From positions 1 to 64,000 of the IMG/VR virus record IMGVR_UViG_3300028920_001037: DNA of 64,000 bases. One strand, given 5' to 3'. The DNA is from a virus. The notes under the pieces are model-generated. The model saw only the letters and a program-made list of their open reading frames with translations. It was not told the origin of the DNA and did no database searches. Positions 1 through 9,355 of this stretch are shown one piece after another. How positions within the stretch are numbered: the stretch's first letter is position 1; each line of letters opens with the position of its first letter. The translations under genes were made by a program, and so were the position numbers.

Positions 1-164
1 GATTCGATTAATCCAAGATCTTTTAGTTTGGGATTGGGGCCATAAACTGTTTTCCAACCTTTAGGTGCAACTCCACCTGTAGGTATGTTCAAGTCATGTG
101 CGGCGGCTAAGCCAGCTACGTCTGCCCCCCATTGGCCACCTGAGATTGCTTTTTCGATTTTCAA
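1..164 (-). CDS. SLOG-superfamily protein (cpYpsA / 'putative molybdenum carrier' family), 5' part only, TTG start, runs off the window
   Basis: Not in the ORF track. Manual translation MKIEKAISGGQWGADVAGLAAAHDLNIPTGGVAPKGW matches the family ISGGQxGAD...GG.APKG motif; GGAGG RBS upstream. Confidence 0.75.
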   Translation of the reverse strand, partial: MKIEKAISGGQWGADVAGLAAAHDLNIPTGGVAPKGWKTVYGPNPKLKDLGLIE

Positions 165-175
165 TAATGTACCTC

Positions 176-421
176 CTAAGATTGAACTCTACCACAATCA
201 ATACAAACATAATTCCATTCAGCATATCCCGGTCCACAAATACCATTTGAGCTAAGAGGTCTAGTATCACCACCACACCAACGACATTTAGGTCTCGGTT
301 TTGGTTTATTTATTTCTTTAATAGCTTCACGATGTTGTTCTTGATAAGCTTCAATCATTTCTTTAGGAACAGGTTTTCCTTTATTAAAAAATGTTCTTTG
401 TTCTTCTTCTAAAGGTGTCAT
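176..421 (-). CDS. Hypothetical zinc-ribbon protein
   Basis: CxxC...CxxC; start overlaps the stop of the upstream gene. Confidence 0.6.
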   Translation of the reverse strand: MTPLEEEQRTFFNKGKPVPKEMIEAYQEQHREAIKEINKPKPRPKCRWCGGDTRPLSSNGICGPGYAEWNYVCIDCGRVQS

Positions 422-753
422 TATAACTCCTTAACTTCAATTCCTAATTTTTCTTTAAACCAATTAGCAACTAGATTTCTATGACAGAATTGACCAGACT
501 TTTCAAAACACAATAGAATAGAGTCTTTACCAAGTTCATCATAAACTTCTTGAGGATCTAGTTTATCAAGAATATATTTTTTATATTCTATAACATATTG
601 TTTTGCGTCTCCGGTATACTTATATCTTTCTAGTATGCCAACAGTCGGAGCTAGTTTTGAATATTGTCTACCTTTGAACCAATGAGGTTTAAAACAAGCA
701 ATTGAAACAGCATTCGGATTATCTTTTGATTTACCAAAGTACGATGTGTTCAT
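421..753 (-). CDS. DUF488-like protein
   Basis: TSYF...SIA...LAP...LLCFEK...CHR motif pattern. Confidence 0.7.
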   Translation of the reverse strand: MNTSYFGKSKDNPNAVSIACFKPHWFKGRQYSKLAPTVGILERYKYTGDAKQYVIEYKKYILDKLDPQEVYDELGKDSILLCFEKSGQFCHRNLVANWFKEKLGIEVKEL

Positions 754-1208
754 TTACTATTTCCTTTGCACTTGTTCTTTTTTGCCAAATAATATTTTCT
801 TTTCCATTCATTTCTATGAGCAGGACAAAACTTAGGATAGATATAGATTGATGGATAAAGCATTAATGTATATTCTTCATTACAAGCATCACATCTTCTG
901 TTTATTTCAACTGCTTGAGTATGTTTATGTTTCATTGTAAAATTTGCAGTATTTTCGATAATAGACTTTTTCTTGGCTAAAATCTTATCTCTATCTATTA
1001 TTTTGCGATATTTGGGTTGTCTATGAACTTTACAGAACTTAGCTTTACCAATGCCAAAGAAAACTGTTTTACATCTTTTACCATCTAAATCAACAAACGC
1101 ACAACGCTTCTCATGAAGTCTTTCTCTCTTTTTTCTTTTCTTAGATTCGCTCAAATTAAAACCTCCCGAGAATTGATATAATAGGATGTTCAGCCATGGT
1201 TTCACCAT
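750..1208 (-). CDS. Basic Cys-rich hypothetical protein (true start probably downstream, near 1154)
   Basis: Several Cys/His clusters; 5' end overlaps the patatin gene. Confidence 0.5.
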   Translation of the reverse strand: MVKPWLNILLYQFSGGFNLSESKKRKKRERLHEKRCAFVDLDGKRCKTVFFGIGKAKFCKVHRQPKYRKIIDRDKILAKKKSIIENTANFTMKHKHTQAVEINRRCDACNEEYTLMLYPSIYIYPKFCPAHRNEWKRKYYLAKKNKCKGNSK

Positions 1209-2058
1209 ATTTTTTATATTGTTTCAAATACTTTATTTTATCCATACCATCATATTTTTTATCTATTTCAACATCCCAATAGTTAAAACTAATATTAGAA
1301 AAACTTCTAGCTAGTTTTTTCATCCTTGCTATCTTATCCTCACGACTTTGAGCTCTTGCTAATCCACCCTCAATAGGTTTAATAAAATCATACAGCTGGC
1401 GTATATTGTTTTCTTTGGTTGCTTCTTTGTATGGAATGGTTGAGTTAACAAAACCACTTCCAAATACATCAACTTGAATTTCTTCCTTTGCCCAACCAAG
1501 AAGTATAGCTTCCATTAATGCTTCTTCAAGACTAAGATTGCTAACACCACAACCACCATCAAACCAAACACATTGGTTAACAGGGTCATTGTATTGACCA
1601 AAATAAAATGGAGCTGCAAAAGACTTCATAACTTCAGTCACAAGTCTTTGTTTTCCATCTTTAGTCCATGATTTAAAATAATGGTTACGATCTGTACAAC
1701 GATTAACAGATGTAATAAGAAGTTTAGTTTTACATTGTTTCATCTCAATATCACCAATTAAATCTTTCCAAACACTTTCAAAATACTTTCGTTGATACTT
1801 AGGAAGTTTCCATCTTTGATACCAAGGTCTTTTCTTAAAGACTTTATGAAGCATGGCATCATAAACATTATCCATATCAGCTACAGTAATTCTTCCACTA
1901 GCAGCGGCAGCCACGTTGATACTACCAACTGATGTACCAACCATCAAGTCATAGTATTCATAAAGAGGGCCTACATGTTCTTCTCTTTTTTTAAGAGCGA
2001 CTATTTGGATTCGACCTTTACAGCCCCCTCCACTACATATACATATTTTTTTAGCCAT
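1156..2058 (-). CDS. Patatin-like phospholipase
   Basis: GGGCKG oxyanion motif, GTSVG (GxSxG), DGG. Confidence 0.9.
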   Translation of the reverse strand: MAKKICICSGGGCKGRIQIVALKKREEHVGPLYEYYDLMVGTSVGSINVAAAASGRITVADMDNVYDAMLHKVFKKRPWYQRWKLPKYQRKYFESVWKDLIGDIEMKQCKTKLLITSVNRCTDRNHYFKSWTKDGKQRLVTEVMKSFAAPFYFGQYNDPVNQCVWFDGGCGVSNLSLEEALMEAILLGWAKEEIQVDVFGSGFVNSTIPYKEATKENNIRQLYDFIKPIEGGLARAQSREDKIARMKKLARSFSNISFNYWDVEIDKKYDGMDKIKYLKQYKKYGETMAEHPIISILGRF

Positions 2059-2328
2059 TTATTTTTTATCTCTTTTATTAAATTTTGAGCAATGTCTTCT
2101 TAAATAATGACCACACTCAAAGGCGTGTGTACAATTCCTGCATTGTGAATCATTCCACTTATCTCTGAACTCTTGGCTGTTCTCATTAACCCATTGAAAC
2201 ACATAAGGTTCTCCTGGATCATTTTTAATTTTTTCACCCTGTAACCATTTATCTTTATTAATACATTCACGTTCTGCATGTAAAAATGCAGTAAACTCCT
2301 CCATATCATATAATGCTGATGTAAGCAT
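2059..2328 (-). CDS. Hypothetical protein, DUF4032-like helical domain plus Cys cluster
   Basis: KW.QGEK...DPG....W......FR..W pattern; GGGAGGG RBS. Confidence 0.5.
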   Translation of the reverse strand: MLTSALYDMEEFTAFLHAERECINKDKWLQGEKIKNDPGEPYVFQWVNENSQEFRDKWNDSQCRNCTHAFECGHYLRRHCSKFNKRDKK

Positions 2329-2372
2329 AAAGACCCTCCCTTTCTATCAGGAGGAAGATTTAAAGGATCAAA

Positions 2373-2380
2373 TATTTATA
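2373..2380 (-). promoter_or_regulatory. T4-type late promoter TATAAATA
   Basis: Exact octamer in the intergenic region upstream of 2328. Confidence 0.6.
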
Positions 2381-2423
2381 AAGTTACAATTCCCCATTTA
2401 TGTTTACTATTATTTATGATATT

Positions 2424-2452
2424 AATATAATAAATTTATTTGCAAAAGTCAA
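2424..2452 (-). promoter_or_regulatory. Sigma70-like early promoter
   Basis: TTGACT-N17-TATATT. Confidence 0.75.
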
Positions 2453-2502
2453 TTTAAAAATCATAAATATATTAATGTCAAAGAACAAATACAAAAAATC
2501 AT

Positions 2503-3924
2503 TTACCAATTATGTAAATTTTCATGTCTATCTAATACCGCTTGAAATCCCCAATTCCAGTTAGGTTTAAGATCTTTGGAATGAGAAAGAAAAAGAACTT
2601 TAGCTTTTGGTTTTTTTGGTTCTGGAGCAAACATATCACTAAATATTACAACCCCATCACATTTAGTTTCATCAGCATAATCCAAGACCTCTTGAAAGTC
2701 TGTACCTCCCCTACCACAAATTTTAAAAGTCTTTTTGGCAGTCTTTAATTTAGTTTCTATTTGTTTTATCTCTGTATCAAACAGAACGTATATCAGTTCA
2801 GCATGTTTGATTATCTTATTAATTACAGCAAAGCCTTCAGCTAAATCATCATCACTCATGGAACCAGAAACATCAACTGCAAAAATAATCTTAGTCTTTA
2901 AGAATCTTCTATGACCAGGATAAAGCAGGTCGAATCTTCTATTTGCTTTAAGTCTTGAATTAACTCTTGCATATGTTTCAACGGACTTTTTAAATTTCCT
3001 TATGATTTCTTTATAGGAAATCTTAGGTTCGTTAGCGGCTAGAATTTCAGCAATATAATCTCCTGTATGTTTTCCCCATGCTTTAATTCTATCTTTGTTT
3101 TTATCTACATAGTTTTTAACATCAGCATCAAACATATCATTCTTTCCCCAACCATTATTTGCTGTTCCGTTAGGATCGAAATAGTCTTTGACACCTTCTT
3201 GTGTATTATCATATTCTTTAAAACCGTCTTTATCTTTGTTTTGACCTTTGCCTTGACCTTGACCTTCGCCTTCATCTTCACCATTCTGTTCTTCTTGGTC
3301 TTGACCTTTGCCTTCTCCTTTGTCTTGACCTTTGTCTTCCCCTTCTTGATCTTGACCTTCTCCTTGCCCCTGTTGAGCTTGTTGCTGAGCTTTGTCAATC
3401 ATTTCTTGCTTTTCTTCATCGGTCATTGAATCCCAGATTTGCTTTATCATTTCATTAATTTGTTGTTGTCTATCATAAAGCTGTCTGAAATATTCTTCAA
3501 AACAATCTTTTTCTGGAAGATTGAACTGTTGTGCAGTCGGAATTAAATCTTCTAATGAAGTATCACCCTGAAGAAAAGCCATTGTATTCTGGCGAATAAG
3601 TTCATCAATGGCAATGTTAGAAGACAACGCAGAAATTTGTCTTGGCTCCTTAAGCCTTGTTGTACAATGTCTTAATAAAACCTTAAAAAAAGTATGAACC
3701 ATAACCATCTCCAAATATTCAACTGGCATCATATTAACAAAATTTGGATTGAAAGTTATTACAGGATGACGACCAGTAATATTAATACCAAAAGTTTCTT
3801 GATTGGGATCTGGATTAAAGTTAAACTGTGATGCTATTCCTAATAATATTGCATCACTAGTAAACCAATCCATTAAAACTTTCTGTATTTTCTTTTCAGC
3901 TTTTTTTACTTTGTCTTCATCCAT
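2503..3924 (-). CDS. DUF2201-type metallopeptidase-like domain + VWA domain protein
   Basis: DVSGSM MIDAS, FDT, GRGGTDF, acidic/Gln-rich linker; adjacent to a MoxR-type ATPase. Confidence 0.85.
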   Translation of the reverse strand: MDEDKVKKAEKKIQKVLMDWFTSDAILLGIASQFNFNPDPNQETFGINITGRHPVITFNPNFVNMMPVEYLEMVMVHTFFKVLLRHCTTRLKEPRQISALSSNIAIDELIRQNTMAFLQGDTSLEDLIPTAQQFNLPEKDCFEEYFRQLYDRQQQINEMIKQIWDSMTDEEKQEMIDKAQQQAQQGQGEGQDQEGEDKGQDKGEGKGQDQEEQNGEDEGEGQGQGKGQNKDKDGFKEYDNTQEGVKDYFDPNGTANNGWGKNDMFDADVKNYVDKNKDRIKAWGKHTGDYIAEILAANEPKISYKEIIRKFKKSVETYARVNSRLKANRRFDLLYPGHRRFLKTKIIFAVDVSGSMSDDDLAEGFAVINKIIKHAELIYVLFDTEIKQIETKLKTAKKTFKICGRGGTDFQEVLDYADETKCDGVVIFSDMFAPEPKKPKAKVLFLSHSKDLKPNWNWGFQAVLDRHENLHNW

Positions 3925-5141
3925 TACTTTAACCAGGGTTTATCATTATCATCGTCCGGATAACCATCAAGTCCTAAGTCACTATCGAAATCATTTTGAT
4001 CATTATCGTTCTCATGAATCATTCTTTCAACATCTTTCTCATGCTGGTCTTTACCTCTAACAACATCAACAAAGTAGTTAACAAGTTTGTCAGAATGTTC
4101 TAACAATGTATTCTGCCAAGTTTCTTGGTTGTTAGTTGCCTGATTGATAAGTCCAAAGAAGTGCGCGATAATCTCTTTAGGAACAGTACTAAGGTACTTA
4201 TAAACATTATGTGCATATTCTTCACCTGCTTTTCTTGCGATAAACAGACTATCGATATGCTGTTTAATATAGACTGCAAGTTCATCATTAATATTAATAA
4301 GATCCTGATTAGGTAGACTCTTAATTGTCTTTTCCAAATCCTTATTCCAATTAGTCACAATGAGACCAACATTAATACCCTTCATGTTTTCTTTAACATG
4401 CATACAGAACTTTGAAGCGGCGCCGATACCAACGATTGTGCTGGCAACCAGTTTTAATTTGTAATCTACATCTTGAAGAATTTCGGGATGGTTATTAATA
4501 ATATCAGAAAGTCTTTTCCAAGAACGGCGTGACTGATAGACTTCACCTGTTTTCTTTTTTGTTGGTGGGTCTAAATAGTTTGCGGAGTTCTTTGATATGA
4601 ATCCGATAACATATTTGTTAACCTTATTTTTAAGTGCCCAATCAATCCATTCTTCTTTATCGGGAAGAAAAGGAACTTTGTTAAATCTATCAAGAAGAGT
4701 GACTTCAAGTTCAGTAACATCGTAATCAGTATCATCACCGAAAGGATTGATAGCTGCGATAACTCTTGTTTCGGGTGGAAGTTTCTTTCCACAAAGTTTA
4801 CGGTTGAGAACCATATCTTGTACACATTGGAGAACTTCAGGCTTTGCACGGTTGAGTTCATCAAGAAAGATAACTACTTTCTCTCCTTCTTTCGGCCACC
4901 ACCAAGGTTGACAAAAGATTGTCACCTTAGTATGGTCAATCTCTGCACGGTCTGGCAAACCAATAAGGTCACCGGCATCAGCCATCTGTGAACAGAAAAG
5001 AATAATTACTCGGAATCCTTTTTCTTCCCAGTATTCTTTTACAAATTCTGATTTACCAACGCCGTGAATTGCCTCAAGCATGATTGCTTGGTCAGCAGGA
5101 GTCGTATCAAAGATCAGCTTCATATCTTTAATATTAGCCAT
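3924..5141 (-). CDS. MoxR-like AAA+ ATPase
   Basis: HGVGKS Walker A, DLIGLP, FLDELNRA Walker B, AAINP, LLDRF, SRRSW. Confidence 0.9.
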   Translation of the reverse strand: MANIKDMKLIFDTTPADQAIMLEAIHGVGKSEFVKEYWEEKGFRVIILFCSQMADAGDLIGLPDRAEIDHTKVTIFCQPWWWPKEGEKVVIFLDELNRAKPEVLQCVQDMVLNRKLCGKKLPPETRVIAAINPFGDDTDYDVTELEVTLLDRFNKVPFLPDKEEWIDWALKNKVNKYVIGFISKNSANYLDPPTKKKTGEVYQSRRSWKRLSDIINNHPEILQDVDYKLKLVASTIVGIGAASKFCMHVKENMKGINVGLIVTNWNKDLEKTIKSLPNQDLININDELAVYIKQHIDSLFIARKAGEEYAHNVYKYLSTVPKEIIAHFFGLINQATNNQETWQNTLLEHSDKLVNYFVDVVRGKDQHEKDVERMIHENDNDQNDFDSDLGLDGYPDDDNDKPWLK

Positions 5142-5166
5142 TATAAACTCTCCTTCAATTTTTCAA

Positions 5167-5310
5167 TTAATATTTATTTTCAGTTATAATATCTTGATTC
5201 TCAAATTGCTTTAATGCTTTTTGAATTTTTTTATCTTGGTTTTTTCTTCTTTTAAACTGTGGGTTTTTTCTATATTTGTTTCCGTATTCGCCTTTGTATG
5301 ACTTACCCAT
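5167..5310 (-). CDS. Small basic protein (47 aa)
   Basis: Manual translation MGKSYKGEYGNKYRKNPQFKRRK...; AAGGAG RBS; lies just downstream of promoters. Confidence 0.6.
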   Translation of the reverse strand: MGKSYKGEYGNKYRKNPQFKRRKNQDKKIQKALKQFENQDIITENKY

Positions 5311-5354
5311 AAAATAATACTACTCCTTTGAAAAATGAAACTAGCATCTAGTAT

Positions 5355-5396
5355 TATTTATATACATAATATAATACATCTGCATAGATTTGTCAA
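5355..5396 (-). promoter_or_regulatory. Tandem early (TTGACA-N17-TATATT) and late (TATAAATA) promoters
   Basis: -35 at 5391-5396, -10 at 5368-5373, TATAAATA at 5355-5362. Confidence 0.75.
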
Positions 5397-5406
5397 GTTA
5401 TTTAGT

Positions 5407-5556
5407 TTAGTCAGTCTTTTCTTCTTCTTCATTTTTGTTTTTTTGTTCTACGAATGGAACCCATTTACCGCATTTACAAAGTTTTTCTCTTGGTGCATTA
5501 TCAATTCTCATATCTGGTTCAGCACCGCAATCACACTTGGCTATGAAATAATTCAT
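5407..5556 (-). CDS. Small zinc-ribbon protein (49 aa)
   Basis: Manual translation MNYFIAKCDCG...CKCGKW...; AAAGGA RBS. Confidence 0.55.
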   Translation of the reverse strand: MNYFIAKCDCGAEPDMRIDNAPREKLCKCGKWVPFVEQKNKNEEEEKTD

Positions 5557-5568
5557 AATAAATCCTTT

Positions 5569-5904
5569 CTAAATAACTTGAGGTAGCCAGACTATAAAGG
5601 CCATCCACAATATATGTAATATATTATCAGTAACTATTTGACTCCAAGGAAAACAAACATTAGTTGCAAATATATGTGAACCTTTTTTATCCATGAACCA
5701 CGATACAAAGTTAGTTCTGTCGATAATATAATGTTGAACTGCGATGGCTAGCAATTGCCACCATGCAAGACCACAAAGCAAAAAAGGTATCATATATGTT
5801 ACAACATGGAGAAAGCATTTCCATGAAGACTTCTTTTTGTTTTGTGCAACATCATCCCATTGTATGAGATAGTCACCAATCAAATGTGCATATATCCAAT
5901 GCAT
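5569..5904 (-). CDS. DUF3307 family membrane protein
   Basis: AHLIGDYLIQ...K...H...Y...HYIID...DNILH motif set. Confidence 0.85.
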   Translation of the reverse strand: MHWIYAHLIGDYLIQWDDVAQNKKKSSWKCFLHVVTYMIPFLLCGLAWWQLLAIAVQHYIIDRTNFVSWFMDKKGSHIFATNVCFPWSQIVTDNILHILWMAFIVWLPQVI

Positions 5905-5916
5905 AATTACCTCTTT

Positions 5917-6894
5917 CTAAGTACAACTCCAATATGTTATTTTTCTTTTAATATTACTTTCCATTCTATCTAGTCTTTCCATTAACATTTTAACAGAAAC
6001 ATATTCCGTATCTTGTTTTTGCATATTAGATTCTGAACCGTACCATTGTTCTATACAGTTAGCTAATAGTTTCTGGACTAGTTCTCTCTGTGGTCTTTCA
6101 GGTACAGCTTTACTATTCACAAAGACTGAATCAAGTTCTTTTAATCTTCTTTCAAAGAACTCTTCAAACTTAGTATAACTTCCCCATTCACCTGCACGCA
6201 TGGCTTTACATTCTTCTTTATTTCTTGTAAGGTCTAGATCACCTTCTGTAAGAAGTTGGTGTATAAGGTCAAGCAGTCTAAGAGAATGATAACTCATTTT
6301 AACATCATAACCATGCTTTTCATAAAGTGGTAGTCTGTTTGAGTTGTCGTTCTTATGTTCTGTTTCCCAGCGTACTGCTTCCCTTCTTATTCTCGCAAAT
6401 TGAGAATAAGCATAACCTTTAAATGATTGATACATTTTCTTTGAAAGGAATAACTTTCTTTGATCCCTTATCATCCAACCAATATCATGTGCATATGTAA
6501 CTAAGTTTCTCTTAACGAAAAGAACTTCCGTAAGGTTTGGAGAACCATTAGATACAAGATCAAAGAAATTGGTTAGTGAATGCCAAGCAGCTTCATAAAC
6601 TTTATCATGCTTGCCTTTAGTTATAACAAGTTTTTGGCCTTCACCTTTGCATTCCTTGTTCTTAAACTTAGGCACATTATTGTCATAACCAAGTATAAAT
6701 CCATAAGCCTGTGGATAAAGGCATTTATGTGGATCCATAACAACACCAACTATGTCATAGTCCGAATCCGGATTATTACATTCGTAGGCATGGCTACCCA
6801 TTATACATTCCATTAAAAGGTTATCAACCATCCATTGTTCTTCTGGTTTGAACCTTTGTTCTGCAAAATGTTGTGTTAATTTTTTGTCTTTCAT
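5917..6894 (-). CDS. Nucleotidyltransferase (RlaP/YcgL, T4 NrdC.11-like)
   Basis: GSHAY...DSDYD, GSPN..E.LF, GYAYSQ, GYDVK..YH..RL. Confidence 0.85.
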   Translation of the reverse strand: MKDKKLTQHFAEQRFKPEEQWMVDNLLMECIMGSHAYECNNPDSDYDIVGVVMDPHKCLYPQAYGFILGYDNNVPKFKNKECKGEGQKLVITKGKHDKVYEAAWHSLTNFFDLVSNGSPNLTEVLFVKRNLVTYAHDIGWMIRDQRKLFLSKKMYQSFKGYAYSQFARIRREAVRWETEHKNDNSNRLPLYEKHGYDVKMSYHSLRLLDLIHQLLTEGDLDLTRNKEECKAMRAGEWGSYTKFEEFFERRLKELDSVFVNSKAVPERPQRELVQKLLANCIEQWYGSESNMQKQDTEYVSVKMLMERLDRMESNIKRKITYWSCT

Positions 6895-7244
6895 AATTTT
6901 CCATTTGTAAATTTAGCTTCTGTATCTAAATACTTACCTGTATATAACCATACATCTTCAGCTATTTCTGTATATGATTCTTCATCATAAGGGCCACCAT
7001 GACCGCCCGAATGATATTCTGTTGTTCCAAATAATGCTGTATATTCGCAACCACAATCACTTACAAATTCTGTAAGGAAAACTCTATCTACAACATTATG
7101 TATTTTTCCTTCTCGCAACAATAATGATTTTTCAAAGACATTAAGTTCTTTATATTTCACATCAAATGGTATAAGGCTTTCATCATTAAATACTATAAAG
7201 CTAGATGATGAACTATTACTTACAAATCCTATTCTTACTTTCAT
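6891..7244 (-). CDS. GFVSNSS-motif protein 1
   Basis: N-terminus MKVRIGFVSNSSSSSF. Confidence 0.75.
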   Translation of the reverse strand: MKVRIGFVSNSSSSSFIVFNDESLIPFDVKYKELNVFEKSLLLREGKIHNVVDRVFLTEFVSDCGCEYTALFGTTEYHSGGHGGPYDEESYTEIAEDVWLYTGKYLDTEAKFTNGKL

Positions 7245-7655
7245 TTAAATCTCCACATTAAAAATACCTTGTCTACCCTTGCAAGGTATTGGTTTTTCTA
7301 ATCTTACAACATCTGTTAAGAATAAACCAAATCGTTTTGTGTTAGTACAATCTATCAAAGCATATTTAGAATGTAGTCGGTTTAACCAACCTACATCTTC
7401 AACAAAAGCTGTACATACAATGTGACCACCGAAATATGCGTCCATACTTACAGCTAGAATTTTAATAGGCCTATCTTTTTTGAATAGCCATTTAAATGAT
7501 GACTTATAATCCTTATCAAATTTCTTAGAAGCATGAATAGCTATTCGTTGTCCTTTTAAATTTTTAAATCTATCATGAGTTCTCGTTTCAATGGTTTTAT
7601 AACCATGAGAAATCCAACATGCCCAAGGTTGCCATAAAGTAATTGCTTTCAACAT
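7245..7655 (-). CDS. ASCH domain protein
   Basis: AITLWQPWA...G.KTIETR...IAIHA...PIPCKG.QG. Confidence 0.9.
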   Translation of the reverse strand: MLKAITLWQPWACWISHGYKTIETRTHDRFKNLKGQRIAIHASKKFDKDYKSSFKWLFKKDRPIKILAVSMDAYFGGHIVCTAFVEDVGWLNRLHSKYALIDCTNTKRFGLFLTDVVRLEKPIPCKGRQGIFNVEI

Positions 7656-7975
7656 TCCTCCCAGTCAAAATAAACTTTAGTTTTAGGATCTACTAAACTT
7701 TGAACTATTTCTTTTACTATTCGTTCAACATCTTCTTCAGCACCATATTCAATACTTTGAATTGTAATAATGCGTTTGTCTTTATATTTATCTAGTAACT
7801 CATTCAAACTATTTCTATCATATTCATCGTCTTCTTCATAATATTCGTTGTATTCCAAATACTTTTTCTTATTATATTCTTTCAATAATTTTGGATCGTC
7901 TTGGGCAAAATTATCAATAGAAACAATAAAACTACTACTTGAACTGTTACTTACAAACCCTGTTCTAATTTTCAT
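7649..7975 (-). CDS. GFVSNSS-motif protein 2
   Basis: N-terminus MKIRTGFVSNSSSSSF. Confidence 0.75.
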   Translation of the reverse strand: MKIRTGFVSNSSSSSFIVSIDNFAQDDPKLLKEYNKKKYLEYNEYYEEDDEYDRNSLNELLDKYKDKRIITIQSIEYGAEEDVERIVKEIVQSLVDPKTKVYFDWEEC

Positions 7976-8480
7976 CTTTATCCCCCTTCAGGAATTTTTG
8001 GAATTCTGAATATGATTTAAACTTATTTTTAATCTCCTTAATTGTTTCTTTCTTTGTAGTGTTAAATTTCTTATAAAGATATTTAACTACATCATCATTA
8101 TCAACTTCTTTCATAGAACAGATTGGACAAAACTCTTCTGGAAGACCACAATCTAAAATCCAATCACTAAAGGCCTCTTCAAGTTCTCCTTCTTCCATTC
8201 CCTCTATATCTTTAATTTCTTTTTCTTTATCATCGATATATTTACTTTTGTTGATTCTATCGATGATATATTTCTTTTTATCCAGGCCTATTTCATCATA
8301 ATCTATTTCGCTATAACTGCCTAATTTAGCACATGAGTTATGAAACTCATGACCATTAACACACATTGACATTTCCATATCTGATAAACTCATATCTCGA
8401 CCAGATTCAATCGCTCCACATACTGCACATATAAATGATGTTGTGCTTGAGTTACTTACAAATCCATATCTTTTTTTCAT
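7965..8480 (-). CDS. GFVSNSS-motif protein 3, Cys/His-rich
   Basis: MKKRYGFVSNSSTTSF followed by CxxC, CxxxH, HxxC, CPIC. Confidence 0.75.
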   Translation of the reverse strand: MKKRYGFVSNSSTTSFICAVCGAIESGRDMSLSDMEMSMCVNGHEFHNSCAKLGSYSEIDYDEIGLDKKKYIIDRINKSKYIDDKEKEIKDIEGMEEGELEEAFSDWILDCGLPEEFCPICSMKEVDNDDVVKYLYKKFNTTKKETIKEIKNKFKSYSEFQKFLKGDKDEN

Positions 8481-8481
8481 A

Positions 8482-8799
8482 TTAGTCTCCTATTGTTGCA
8501 TATGAGTCTTTTTGTTTTTTAATTAAATCTACAAATTTATATAATCCATCATAGGCTTCTTCCCAACCATCATCATCAAAACTACAATCATAGAAAAGAT
8601 CCTCAGTACATACTCGTTGAACAGATACTATTTTATTTTCTCCCATAACTTTTTCTTTTTTAAATCTAAACGTATCTTTAATAGCTTCTTGTTCTATTTT
8701 TGATAAGCTCTTCAAAATCTTATTATAAGTTTCTTTGGTTGTTATAACAACAAAAGACGAACTAGAACTATTACTTACAAATCCCATTCTGATTTTCAT
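8482..8799 (-). CDS. GFVSNSS-motif protein 4
   Basis: MKIRMGFVSNSSSSSF. Confidence 0.75.
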   Translation of the reverse strand: MKIRMGFVSNSSSSSFVVITTKETYNKILKSLSKIEQEAIKDTFRFKKEKVMGENKIVSVQRVCTEDLFYDCSFDDDGWEEAYDGLYKFVDLIKKQKDSYATIGD

Positions 8800-8811
8800 T
8801 TGGCCCTTCTT

Positions 8812-9354
8812 TCATATTTGTGAATCCTCTATAACTTTACATATTTTTCTAATCTCAGGTCTTTCAAAACTAAAATGAATAACAATATCTTTTATTATTT
8901 GTGGAATATCATTACATGAATTATGCATAACTGTCCAAGCATTTAAAACAACATTATCAAATTCTTCGGTAACATTTATATTATACATGTTTCCAAGAAT
9001 CCATTTGATTGCTGGAACTAATTCAACTACAAAGTTACCCTCTTCGTTTCCAGATGTATCTATACTGTTAATTGAACTTATTGTTTCTAAATGTTTAAGC
9101 TGGGATTTCATTTCATTTAAGTGTTTCTTATTACGAAAATGAAACTTACCGTTTTTATCTTTCCTTTCAGCTTCCAATCCTTCTTCATATTGTTCAATTC
9201 TTTCTTTCAAGTCTGTATAAAGAAAGTTAATATCAAAGTAATCAAAACCTAAAGCATGATATATTTCATGTATAAATTCTTCTGTGTTCATGTTGAACTT
9301 AACAACATAAGAAGCTGAAGAACTATTACTTACGAATCCAGATCTTATCTTCAT
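8812..9354 (-). CDS. GFVSNSS-motif protein 5 (start reassigned from 9369 to 9354)
   Basis: MKIRSGFVSNSSSASY aligns with the paralogues when started at 9354. Confidence 0.75.
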   Translation of the reverse strand: MKIRSGFVSNSSSASYVVKFNMNTEEFIHEIYHALGFDYFDINFLYTDLKERIEQYEEGLEAERKDKNGKFHFRNKKHLNEMKSQLKHLETISSINSIDTSGNEEGNFVVELVPAIKWILGNMYNINVTEEFDNVVLNAWTVMHNSCNDIPQIIKDIVIHFSFERPEIRKICKVIEDSQI

Positions 9355-9355
9355 T

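Noticed and set aside
94-276. 60-aa ORF in the track
   Set aside because: Overlaps both the 176-421 gene and the better-supported SLOG gene starting at 164.
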